DNA of 44,851 nucleotides from Fidelibacterota bacterium (GTDB lineage Bacteria > Fidelibacterota > Marinisomatia > Marinisomatales > TCS56), in NCBI GenBank assembly GCA_043822705.1, contig JBDRBK010000069.1:1-44851 (forward strand), in the 5' to 3' direction. Within the stretch, counting starts at the first letter, position 1; each line of letters starts with the position of its first letter. Of the stretch, positions 1-9,593 are shown one piece after another. The position numbers and the translations under genes are program-made. Below the pieces are notes generated by a model. It searched no databases. It worked only from the letters and a program-made list of their open reading frames with translations, and had not been told where the DNA came from.

Positions 1-2
1 AG

Positions 3-1241
3 AAGTATTATCAGGACAGTTATAACCTCCCTGATGAATGGTTCGCTGGCGCCCTGGACGATTCGGTGACTTACGCCGATTCCGTCTATTCGGCGCAACT
101 GGACATACTGGTTCCGGATATCCGTGGAATCAGTCCCGGGGTGAAAGTGCTGGTTTTTGACGAATGTTTCAACGGTGCCTTTATTTATGATTCCTATGTG
201 GCCGGGGAATATATCTTCGGTTCCGGCAATTCGGTTGTCGGGATCGCCAACACGGTCAATGTCAAGCAGGACATCTGGCTCAGCGAAATGATTGGTCTGC
301 TGAACTATGGCGTCAGAGTTGGGAACTGGCACCGCAATTTCAATTTCATCGAGTCGCATATTATCGGCGACCCTACTTATCACTTTTCCGGTAGCGGCAA
401 AACCGATCTGAACCGCGCGCTGACCGTCGATGCCGGTAAATTATCGCTATGGAAGAAAATGTTACGCAGCGCTGATGTGCCGCTGCAAGTATTGGCTATC
501 AATCGTTTGACAGAATTAAGCGGCGAAGCATTCGCCGACGATCTGGTCGATATTTACCATGCCAATCCTTCCTTTACGGTCAGAATGTCGGTCTTGCTGG
601 CACTGGCGCAATTGAACACACCGGAATTTCACTCGCTGCTGACCGAATCGATCAAGGATCCCTATGAACTGATCCGCCGGATAAGCACCGTCTGGATGGC
701 GGAGATCGGCAGTGATGCGTACCTACCGCTACTGGCTGAAGCAGCTGTGAGCGATAACGGCAAACGGGTGTCCTTCCAGGCTAAAAATGCCCTTCAGACC
801 CTAAACCCCGCCGCCGCCGCCGTTGCCGTCGATCAATACCAGGCAACCTTGCCGGGTCCGGAAATGGCCTATACCTATGATTACCGTGGTGCGCTTGAAC
901 GAACCGTTGCTAATCTTGAAGAAGATTTTGCCGTAATTAGTGATACGACCACGATCGCCAGCAAACGAATCTCGAAAATCAGGACTTTCCGGAATTACAA
1001 ATATCATAATTCACTACCGGCCCTGTTTGAACTGGCGGCTGATAATTCCGAGGACATCGCCGTCCGTACGGTAATCATCGAAGCATTGGGCTGGTACCAT
1101 TATTCTTGGCAGCGCCCGGCGATTGAGAAAGTCTGCCAGTCGATTGTTGCCGACAGCGCCGTTCCCGAAGCAGTGCGTCTGGAGGCGGTCAAAACACTGG
1201 CGCGGCTGGATCAGGGCTGTAATAATCCCCTGGCGCCCTGA
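3..1241 (+). CDS. 5'-truncated peptidase C25 (gingipain)-like protein with C-terminal HEAT repeats
   Basis: Frame is open from position 3 (KYYQDSYNLPDEWFAG...). FDECFNG and HIIGDPT resemble the C25 catalytic Cys region and its closing GDP motif. HEAT-like helical repeats follow (VRMSVLLALAQL, VRTVIIEALGW, VRLEAVKTLARL). Confidence 0.65.
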   Translation, partial: KYYQDSYNLPDEWFAGALDDSVTYADSVYSAQLDILVPDIRGISPGVKVLVFDECFNGAFIYDSYVAGEYIFGSGNSVVGIANTVNVKQDIWLSEMIGLLNYGVRVGNWHRNFNFIESHIIGDPTYHFSGSGKTDLNRALTVDAGKLSLWKKMLRSADVPLQVLAINRLTELSGEAFADDLVDIYHANPSFTVRMSVLLALAQLNTPEFHSLLTESIKDPYELIRRISTVWMAEIGSDAYLPLLAEAAVSDNGKRVSFQAKNALQTLNPAAAAVAVDQYQATLPGPEMAYTYDYRGALERTVANLEEDFAVISDTTTIASKRISKIRTFRNYKYHNSLPALFELAADNSEDIAVRTVIIEALGWYHYSWQRPAIEKVCQSIVADSAVPEAVRLEAVKTLARLDQGCNNPLAP

Positions 1242-1373
1242 TATCCTCAGATAGGTTTTTGAGCATGATTTTTGCTAATAATAAAATCCTATTTTCCGGT
1301 CCGGTTAACCGGTTATCGAACACTCAGAATATTTTGACAATGGACATTACTGCAACGTACGAAGGATGACGGA

Positions 1374-4193
1374 ATGAAGCTGAAAATACAATTTATCGCT
1401 GCTATTTTAATCGCAGCCGCTTTGACCAATCTGAGAGCCATCGATGATTCCCAGGTGCGGGAGTTTACCCTCAATAACGGTCTGCGGGTAATCACCTACG
1501 AGATGCACAACTCGCCGGTGATTTTCTCGGAATTGACCTATGATGTCGGTTCCAAGCATGAATCTTACGGACAGACTGGTATATCACACGCCGTTGAGCA
1601 CATGATGTTCAAGGGCACCAGGCGTTTTGATAAAGGCAGCATCGCCGAACTGATCTCGGTCAACGGCGGCGTGTTCAACGCCTTTACTTCCGCCGATCGC
1701 ACCTGTTATTACGAATTACTGCCCAAAAACAAGATCGAGCTGGCTTTCGATATCGAATCCGAACGCATGTTCAAGTGTCTGTTCGATCCGGAAGAGTTCA
1801 CATCGGAAATGAATGTGATCATGGAAGAGCGCAAAATGCGGACGGAAAATTCTGCCGCTGGTCGCCGTCGGGAAGAAGTAAACACACTGCTTTACAAGAG
1901 TCATCCCTATCGGAATCCGGTCATCGGTTGGCCTGAGGACCTGAAGAGTATTACCAGGGAGCAGGCTTACAAATATTACCATACTTATTATACGCCCAAT
2001 AACGCCACCCTGGTACTGGTGGGAGATTTCGATACTGCGGCGATGTTGAAACTGGTGGAAAAATACTTCGGTCGGGTACCTCGCGGGCCACAGATCGAAC
2101 CTAAAAAATTCGCCCGTGTACCTCAGGACGGCAAGAAAATCCTGGAATTTTCGCATCCCGATATTCTGCGCGAATCGGTGCAGATGTACTTCGCGGCGCC
2201 GTTGCGCTTCAGTGCCGACGGTCCGGCGCTGTACGTAGCCGGTACGCTCCTGAGTGGCCGCAGTGCCACTTCGCGGCTGTATAAAAAGCTGGTCCGTGAA
2301 GAAAAGCTGTGCGAAAGCATCAGCGGCGGTGCCGGCTTCAGCAAGGATCCCGGCACTTTCCAGATTTCCGCCAGCCTGATGGATGGCGCTGACATGGCGG
2401 AGGTGGAACGGCTGATTTGGCACGAAATCGACAGTCTGGGCAATTATCCCGTTATCGATTACGACCTGCAGAAAATCAAGAATAAACTGGCCTTCAGCGA
2501 ACTCACCGGCGATCAGAAACCGGGTGATGTCGGTCCGCGCCTGAGCATGTATGAAAATTATGTCGGTTGGGAAGCGATCAACTCCTGGAGCGACCTGATC
2601 ATCGCCGTCACCAAGGAAGATATCATGCGGGTGATAAAAACTTACATCCGACCCGAAAACATGGTGGCGGTCTATTCCCGTCCGGCGGTCAAGGACAGCC
2701 TGGCAACGGTTTCCGGAACCGTCGCAGCGGTCGATGAGGAAGAGTTGGATGAAACACCGGCGGATAGTACCGGAATGGGTGAGCTGGCGATCGATTTTGA
2801 GGCGGACGTCGTCGCCAAGACTGGTTTGCTGGCCCGGTTGTTCGGGAAAGAAAACGTTCGAACACTGTACAAACCCAGCCTGGAAGATATACTGCCGGCT
2901 AATCCGGTGGGTCCACGGATCGATTCGTTGCGCCTCAATAACGGTGTCCCGGTCTATTTCATCGAAGATCATAATTTCCCCACATTCTACCTGCTGGGGG
3001 CGCTCGAGACCGGGCGTTTGCAGGAGAACAAGGACCAGCCCGGTCTGCGTCAGTTCATGAACGCCATGCTGGGAAGGGGTACCGAAAACTATACCTATGA
3101 TGAAATCGTCGAGGAAAAATCGTATACGCCCTATCAGTTGAAGGTCAGCCAGAGTTGGAGTCGGATTACACTCCAGGGCTATAGCCTGACCAGAGACGCC
3201 GATAAAATGCTGAACATGACTTATGAAACCCTGGCGTACCCGTCATTCCCTGAAGAACAGATGGAAAAAGTCCGGCCAGTGATGATATCGTCGGCGAAAA
3301 AGGTCAAGGCAACCGAGACCATGCAGGCATTTTATGCCATGTTCGAACAGGTTTTCGCAGGCCACCAGTATGCGCTGCCCTATGGTGGCGATCCTGATGT
3401 TTTGAAGACGATCACACGCGACGACCTGCTGGCAATGCATGATAAATATTTTTCTCCCGCTAACCTGAAATTGATTGCCGTCGGCGACTTCGATCGGGCC
3501 TGGCTGGCGGAAAAGCTGAATGCGACTCTGGGTCAATGGGAAAAACCGTCCGGGGATGAATGGCTGACCTTCGATCAGATCCATGCCATTTCCGGGAAAT
3601 CGGTCCATGTATTTACCAATCCCGAATACAAACAGTGTCGGGTGGATATCGCCTTCAACCCGGTAGAGGGGGGCCTGACCAGCGCCAATCCCGACCGGGA
3701 GGCGATTGCGATACTGGAACATATCCTGTGCGGCAGTACGCTGACATCAAGGATGGGTATCAAGCTGCGGGATGAACAGGGACTCTGCTATGGTATTAAA
3801 AGTAACCTGTGGGTCCGGGATCACGGCGGCTACTGGAACATTCGCACCAACGTCGATAAAGAAAATGTTGCGCGCATGATTCAGGGAATGCTGGATGAAA
3901 TCGCTCTGATCCAGGGTGAAGGAGTCACCGACAAGGAATTGCTGGAGGCCAAGACCCGCAAGATCGGATTACTGCCTTTGCTCATTAGCACCGCCGATGA
4001 CATCGGCGCCACTGTTTTCGATGCCATGACTGAAAACAAACCGTTGGATTACTTCGACGGCCGTCGCGAGCGTCTTATCGCCGTCACCAAGGAAGATGTA
4101 CAGCGGGTTGCCCGGCAGTATTTGGATGTCAATAATTATATTATCGGCGTGTCCGGTGATTTGGCAGAAGATGCTTTGGATGAGTTTAAGTAA
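1374..4193 (+). CDS. Exported M16 (pitrilysin) zinc metallopeptidase, fused two-subunit type
   Basis: Signal peptide, HAVEHMMFKGT (HxxEH), NAFTSADRTCY, HPYRNPVIGW. The second half starts LNNGVPV, lacks HxxEH and carries LRDEQGLCYG. Confidence 0.95.
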   Translation: MKLKIQFIAAILIAAALTNLRAIDDSQVREFTLNNGLRVITYEMHNSPVIFSELTYDVGSKHESYGQTGISHAVEHMMFKGTRRFDKGSIAELISVNGGVFNAFTSADRTCYYELLPKNKIELAFDIESERMFKCLFDPEEFTSEMNVIMEERKMRTENSAAGRRREEVNTLLYKSHPYRNPVIGWPEDLKSITREQAYKYYHTYYTPNNATLVLVGDFDTAAMLKLVEKYFGRVPRGPQIEPKKFARVPQDGKKILEFSHPDILRESVQMYFAAPLRFSADGPALYVAGTLLSGRSATSRLYKKLVREEKLCESISGGAGFSKDPGTFQISASLMDGADMAEVERLIWHEIDSLGNYPVIDYDLQKIKNKLAFSELTGDQKPGDVGPRLSMYENYVGWEAINSWSDLIIAVTKEDIMRVIKTYIRPENMVAVYSRPAVKDSLATVSGTVAAVDEEELDETPADSTGMGELAIDFEADVVAKTGLLARLFGKENVRTLYKPSLEDILPANPVGPRIDSLRLNNGVPVYFIEDHNFPTFYLLGALETGRLQENKDQPGLRQFMNAMLGRGTENYTYDEIVEEKSYTPYQLKVSQSWSRITLQGYSLTRDADKMLNMTYETLAYPSFPEEQMEKVRPVMISSAKKVKATETMQAFYAMFEQVFAGHQYALPYGGDPDVLKTITRDDLLAMHDKYFSPANLKLIAVGDFDRAWLAEKLNATLGQWEKPSGDEWLTFDQIHAISGKSVHVFTNPEYKQCRVDIAFNPVEGGLTSANPDREAIAILEHILCGSTLTSRMGIKLRDEQGLCYGIKSNLWVRDHGGYWNIRTNVDKENVARMIQGMLDEIALIQGEGVTDKELLEAKTRKIGLLPLLISTADDIGATVFDAMTENKPLDYFDGRRERLIAVTKEDVQRVARQYLDVNNYIIGVSGDLAEDALDEFK

Positions 4194-4311
4194 CAAATAA
4201 ATATTTATCGGAAGTGAAGACGATCTATTTCCGGTGACTGAATGGAACAGCAGAACAGGAATCGATGCCGTTTGTGATGCCGGCACCGATAATTCACAAT
4301 CGAGGTATTGC

Positions 4312-6921
4312 ATGAACAGAGTTGGCAATTTCATTTTTGGAAGAAAATGGATATATCGATTACTGACGACGACTATCATATCTGGAATCATTAGTGCAGG
4401 GAATCTGACTGCGGCCACGATCACCGGTCTGGTGCAGGATCACATGACCAAGGTAATAATCGATGGTGCAATTGCAATTCTGCTGCAACCGGGTAATGAC
4501 GAATTCCTGGTATCCACCGTATCCAATCAGTATGGCGAATTCAGATTTGATGATATTGAGGTCGGCGTTTATAATATAGAAATCAGGAAAGATGGATATT
4601 TCAGTAATGTTTTATTTGATCTGACAGTGATTGGTTATGATAAGTTTGAAGTAATTGTCAACCTGTTGAAGAAAGAGAGTCGTCATGGTGATGATTTCTG
4701 TTTCATGTTAGGTGGAATCGAGGTCAAAGCTCAGGAGCGATCGATTGTTCCCGATGAAATCGAGACAGTCCGAAAAATTGATTCCGGTGAAATTGAACAT
4801 TCCCAAGCCTCTAGTCTGGGTGATATTATTTCATTGTTGCCGGGGGTTGAAAAGAGTGGAAAACCCGGCCTGAATGGTAAAGTCATGCTGGGGGCTCGTT
4901 CGGTCGCCACTGGTGGTGGTATTGTGGATGCATTGGACGCTTTCGGCACCACGATTGTAATTGACGGAGTCGAAATGACTAACGATGCCAATGCCAAACA
5001 ATCCGGTGAGCCCGGTAATACCGGCATTGACTTGCGTGCAATCCCGGCCGATAACATCCAGTCGGTCGAGGTTCTCACAGGAATCGGTTCGGTGGAATAT
5101 GGTAATTTTGCCGAGGGCCTGGTAAAGGTAAAAACCAAAACCAATATCATCAGGCCCAAGTTAAAGGTTAAGATGAATCCGGATACAAAAACTGCCAGCT
5201 ACTCTGCCGGACATAAATTGAAAGCTTCAGAATTCAATTACACATTAGACTATGGGTACAGTGAACGTGATTTGCGAACTAAAGGGGACGAATACCACCG
5301 GTTTTATTTCAAAACCAACTATAACAAAAATATTCTGAGTGATCGTCTGAAATTGCGCCCCAGTTTCAGCATTACAAAAAGGATTGACAGTGTCGAACCA
5401 CAGGGACCGCAGAATATTATTGACTACGATACTGGTTACCGCGCCAGTGGCAGCCTATTACTAGACTATGATAGAAACAAATATAATAATACGACTGTAT
5501 TGATCAGTCTTGATTTGGATAATAAAGAATATTACCGTGAGATGTGGGTGGATGAGCAAGTTGTAATTAATGATAGTATATATGCCGGTTATGTAGGTGT
5601 TAAAGAAGAAATTGGCAAGGAAATATATGTCAGTGGTAAGTTACTGCGTCAATTGACCCTAAATAGCAGAAGTAGTGAACACAAGCTAAAATGGGGCGGT
5701 GAAATTGACTACCAGAATAATACTGGTCCGGGCCTGATTCTTGATTCACTGTGGAATTATTACGGACCCTATTCTTCCAGAAGATCATACTCGTTTGACG
5801 AATTTCCGGCCTTTGTTGAATACAGTATTTATGCCGAAGACCGTATCAAAAGGCTAATCTTCGGCAATTCATTTGAACTGATGTTTGGACTAAGGTATGA
5901 TGTCTTTAATCCCACCGGTTTCAATTTCGCTAATATGTTTGAAGAGCGCGCTTTTTTAAAGTCAAAACACGGTGACTTCCTGAGTCCGCGTTTTAACATG
6001 AGTTATGAATTGGGTGAAAATATAAAAATCCGACTTGGGGCTGGTCGTAGTGTTAAGGGAATATCGCTGGCACAAATCTACAAAGCACCGGCATTCTCCA
6101 GAATATTATACTATGGTGGAACCGATTCGTCCTATGTTGCGGAAGAGTCTTATCAACAATATAATCCCGATTTGCAGGCTTATGCCACCGATAAATATGA
6201 ATTATCTCTGGACTGGAGTCTGTTTGATTTCATAGGATTAACAGCTACAACCTACTGGTCAGAATCACAGGATCGCCCAATAACTGTTGGGTATCCCTGG
6301 GGTTATGATGTAAATCCTGATTCCATTACTTCGATGACATACGATATATATGAGAATCACGGCTGGCGCGAAGCTTGGGGCGTGGAAACCAGTCTGCGTA
6401 CCAAGCGCTATAAAGGTATTCAATTTAACATGAACGCCACCTATCAATTTAGCCATACCGGTCGTCATGGATTAAAATATGATAGCGCGCCGGACACTAC
6501 TTTTGAATCGATCTGGTACCCGGCTTCGTCAAACTGGAAAGAAAAAGTGATCTTGGATTATCGCTTGACCTATATCAGCCAGCGTTTTGGTATCTGGCTG
6601 ACATTTGAAGCACAGCATATTCCTCTATCACACAATAGAGAAGTATATTATGGGAATAAAGCTATCAAGGTTCAGGATGGCGTAACCTATGAATCTATCC
6701 AGAACATGTCCAACTGGTACGATAATTTACTGGATGACTATGGTCAGAAGTGGGTATTGAATTTCCGACTTTCCAAATCAGTATTTACAAACACGGAAGT
6801 GTCCCTATATGTAAACAATGTTCTGGATGATCGGGCTGAGAGGACCGATCCCTATACCAATATCACCAGCAGTTACAATTCACCAATCTATTACGGTCTG
6901 GAGATGTGCACGACATGGTAA
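4312..6921 (+). CDS. TonB-dependent receptor with N-terminal carboxypeptidase-regulatory-like domain
   Basis: ATG at 4312 follows GAGG. Plug motifs SLGDIISLLPGV and GIDLRAIPADNIQSVEVLTGIGSVEYG. Barrel motifs FGLRYD, LSPRFN, LYVNNVLD. Terminal aromatic residue (W). Confidence 0.92.
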   Translation: MNRVGNFIFGRKWIYRLLTTTIISGIISAGNLTAATITGLVQDHMTKVIIDGAIAILLQPGNDEFLVSTVSNQYGEFRFDDIEVGVYNIEIRKDGYFSNVLFDLTVIGYDKFEVIVNLLKKESRHGDDFCFMLGGIEVKAQERSIVPDEIETVRKIDSGEIEHSQASSLGDIISLLPGVEKSGKPGLNGKVMLGARSVATGGGIVDALDAFGTTIVIDGVEMTNDANAKQSGEPGNTGIDLRAIPADNIQSVEVLTGIGSVEYGNFAEGLVKVKTKTNIIRPKLKVKMNPDTKTASYSAGHKLKASEFNYTLDYGYSERDLRTKGDEYHRFYFKTNYNKNILSDRLKLRPSFSITKRIDSVEPQGPQNIIDYDTGYRASGSLLLDYDRNKYNNTTVLISLDLDNKEYYREMWVDEQVVINDSIYAGYVGVKEEIGKEIYVSGKLLRQLTLNSRSSEHKLKWGGEIDYQNNTGPGLILDSLWNYYGPYSSRRSYSFDEFPAFVEYSIYAEDRIKRLIFGNSFELMFGLRYDVFNPTGFNFANMFEERAFLKSKHGDFLSPRFNMSYELGENIKIRLGAGRSVKGISLAQIYKAPAFSRILYYGGTDSSYVAEESYQQYNPDLQAYATDKYELSLDWSLFDFIGLTATTYWSESQDRPITVGYPWGYDVNPDSITSMTYDIYENHGWREAWGVETSLRTKRYKGIQFNMNATYQFSHTGRHGLKYDSAPDTTFESIWYPASSNWKEKVILDYRLTYISQRFGIWLTFEAQHIPLSHNREVYYGNKAIKVQDGVTYESIQNMSNWYDNLLDDYGQKWVLNFRLSKSVFTNTEVSLYVNNVLDDRAERTDPYTNITSSYNSPIYYGLEMCTTW

Positions 6922-8024
6922 AAAACATCATTATTTCAATTACAGTTCTCGGTCTGTTAACTGGTTGTATGAAAGATTTCATAGAAGAACGCCCGGAAGA
7001 ATACGATGGTACTTATAGCATAGAGGTTACCACTGTATACGAAGATAGTATTGTTACTAATATTACTGTTAGTCTAAGTACTACCGAATATCAATTTGAA
7101 GAACTAACCGCTATCAGTGATTCTAACGGCAAGGTTGTATTCAGTGAATTGCCCTGGGCTAATTACCGAGTGCGCGGTAACGGAATAATATCACTTCCCG
7201 ATCTTGAAGACCCGACTATTTTTGATAATTATCAGGTATCGGATACGTCGCTATATCTTAGTCCGGATAGCAATTGTACTGTAGTAAACGATATAATACA
7301 TGTTGTCGCTACCAATTTGCCACTAGTACTGACGGGAACGAAACCAGGTTTAAAAATTAATGAAATCTATACCTGTGGACCGGTGAATAATTTCTATTAT
7401 TTTTATGATCAGTTTTTTGAATTGTATAATTCGTCTGCCGATACGATTTATCTGGATGGGATGGTATTCTGCCGAATGGGGTCGTTTCTGGCGAACGTAA
7501 CATATATTTTTCAATTCCCGGGTACTCCCTTGACCGGCCGGGACTGGCCGGTTGCACCGGGTGAATATAAAGTATTAGCCGGTGACGCTTATGATCATCG
7601 TATGATTGTAAGTGGAAGCGTTGATCTTTCGCAGGCTGATTTCGAATTTCGCAATCGCTTGGATTATGGTGATTATGATAATCCTGATGTGCCTAATCTC
7701 GACAATATCGAAGTAGGACACACCAGGGATTTTTTAGTCGGTGTGACTGCTGACGTATTATTAATTGCCGACGGTAGCGATTTGAATTACCTTGATGGAA
7801 TGGATATAAACTCCGTGATCGATTGCGTTGAGTTCAGTGCTTCAGCCACTCATGAAAAAGATATCGAGAAAGAACTTGACCGTAGTTATGGTGGCATTGG
7901 CCAAATTAAGTATAGTGGTAGCTCACTTGAGCGTCGCCTGCCCGGTTTCGATTCCAACAGTTCCGCCGATGATTTTGTGATTATCACGGCGCCGACTCCT
8001 GGCTATCACCACACCGATGAATGA
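6915..8024 (+). CDS. DUF4876-like lipoprotein
   Basis: MVKNIIISITVLGLLTGC lipobox. KINEIYTCG..DQFFELYNSSADTIYLDG and C-terminal DSNSSADDF are typical of DUF4876. Overlaps the receptor stop codon. Confidence 0.75.
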   Translation: MVKNIIISITVLGLLTGCMKDFIEERPEEYDGTYSIEVTTVYEDSIVTNITVSLSTTEYQFEELTAISDSNGKVVFSELPWANYRVRGNGIISLPDLEDPTIFDNYQVSDTSLYLSPDSNCTVVNDIIHVVATNLPLVLTGTKPGLKINEIYTCGPVNNFYYFYDQFFELYNSSADTIYLDGMVFCRMGSFLANVTYIFQFPGTPLTGRDWPVAPGEYKVLAGDAYDHRMIVSGSVDLSQADFEFRNRLDYGDYDNPDVPNLDNIEVGHTRDFLVGVTADVLLIADGSDLNYLDGMDINSVIDCVEFSASATHEKDIEKELDRSYGGIGQIKYSGSSLERRLPGFDSNSSADDFVIITAPTPGYHHTDE

Positions 8025-8074
8025 TAATGCAAATTTTGAGACAAGCACGCACTGAAGTTGTAGACGGAAAGCTT

Positions 8075-9526
8075 ATGAAAACAAACAGAATAGCACCAAT
8101 AAGTCTAATAATCGTATCGATAATCGTACTAGGCCAGTTTACGCTGGGCTTCGAATCAGCACCAGCCGTAGCGGTTCCACTAACCTTAAGATGGAATATT
8201 TCGCCATTATTGTACCAGATATCCAGTAATCCGGTCATGGTGCTGGTCGAAGATTTACCAAATCACGCCCGTTATATATCTGAAACCAGTTATCAGGATA
8301 ATAATTACAGACGGTTTTACGACCCGGCAGCATTTGCGCAGACTGAAATTGCACTGAATTTTATCAAGAAAACCGATGCCCGTACTACAGCTAACGGTGG
8401 CATTCGTTATACCTATTTACAGCAATATGATTTGTTTTCTTCTTTGGAAAAATTTCATTATCGAAATTATTTCGGTTTAATCGATTCCACCAATGGCGAT
8501 ACACACTACGATGGCCCGGAGTTATGGATTAACTTCGGTCGGTTGATTGGTAACCATATCCTCATAGGGACAAACTTGGAATACAGCGTAGAACGAAGTC
8601 TTAAGAGCCGATATACGGAATGTGAATCGATCGTCCGTAATACTTCAGGTGGTGGCGGGGTTGGATTCCTGTCAACAAATAAAAATGTTTTTTCCGGTAT
8701 CAGTTTGAAATATGACAATCGTCAAACCACTTATGAGCCCTATGGAGAATACAGCTCGGCAGTTGTTTACAGCTATTCCGGCAATAATGTCTTGATGGGT
8801 GCTGTAACAAGTAAAACACCGGATAAAAATGTCCAGATCAATGGCTATGATATTGAGTATCAATTAAATTGGAAAAAATTCTTATCATCATATTTTGACA
8901 TTCACATTATAGCAAATCAATATGTAAGGGAAACTGATGTTGAATTGGGCGGTGATAAGCGTAAGCCGATTGGCTACTGGTCCCGTACTGGTAATAGATA
9001 TGCCGCTACTGTTTCGTACAAACCAGAAAATAGACTGATCAATGGACGTTTTATAGTTGAGAGTCGCCAGGTAATTGACTGGGCGCGATCACTGGATTAT
9101 AATGCCGTCAGTCTGGAAAACGACGAAAATTCGATTAACTATGACTTATTATTATCATTACGGGCAGGGAGCGATTGTTCGATTTATAGCAAATTTGAAT
9201 ATCTTATGCGAGATATCGACTACGCGGAATTTATTGTCCCGTTTAATTACACGGATATCTTGAATAGTCAGTATCTGGCCCTGGGATTGGCTGGAAAGTC
9301 CGGGCTACTTACTAAGGTTTACATGGAAGCTACAATCGGCTATGAGGAGCTGGATTATCACTGGGATGCGGATAAACTACAGTACAGCGGCGTCGGAATA
9401 GGAGTCGAGCGGATGTATAGTTTTGGTACTGCCGGACTGGATGCTGTCTTGAAAATAGCCATTCCAAGTTCGAACCAGTCCGGTTCAATTCAATCTTTCA
9501 ATCTGCAATTATTCATTCTACGCTAA
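8075..9526 (+). CDS. Putative outer-membrane beta-barrel protein (DUF6850-like)
   Basis: Signal peptide, alternating amphipathic strands, position directly after the TBDR-DUF4876 pair. Alternative start at 8021. Confidence 0.55.
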   Translation: MKTNRIAPISLIIVSIIVLGQFTLGFESAPAVAVPLTLRWNISPLLYQISSNPVMVLVEDLPNHARYISETSYQDNNYRRFYDPAAFAQTEIALNFIKKTDARTTANGGIRYTYLQQYDLFSSLEKFHYRNYFGLIDSTNGDTHYDGPELWINFGRLIGNHILIGTNLEYSVERSLKSRYTECESIVRNTSGGGGVGFLSTNKNVFSGISLKYDNRQTTYEPYGEYSSAVVYSYSGNNVLMGAVTSKTPDKNVQINGYDIEYQLNWKKFLSSYFDIHIIANQYVRETDVELGGDKRKPIGYWSRTGNRYAATVSYKPENRLINGRFIVESRQVIDWARSLDYNAVSLENDENSINYDLLLSLRAGSDCSIYSKFEYLMRDIDYAEFIVPFNYTDILNSQYLALGLAGKSGLLTKVYMEATIGYEELDYHWDADKLQYSGVGIGVERMYSFGTAGLDAVLKIAIPSSNQSGSIQSFNLQLFILR

Positions 9527-9540
9527 AAAATATTTACCTA

Positions 9541-9574
9541 ACTAAAAAGGCCCTGTGCACAGGGCCTTTTTAGT
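9541..9574. terminator. Bidirectional intrinsic terminator
   Basis: actaaaaaggccctgtg/cacagggcctttttagt is a perfect 34-bp palindrome with A/T tracts, lying between convergent genes. Confidence 0.9.
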
Positions 9575-9593
9575 ATGACCTATTTTCTGCAAT

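Noticed and set aside
1716..2972. 418-aa minus-strand ORF, and the many similar short overlapping ORFs in the track
   Set aside because: Antisense or out-of-frame shadows of genes with clear family motifs.
4194..4311. Possible Fur box upstream of the first TonB receptor (ataaatatttat, gataattcacaatc)
   Set aside because: Only partial matches to the Fur consensus, as expected by chance in AT-rich DNA.
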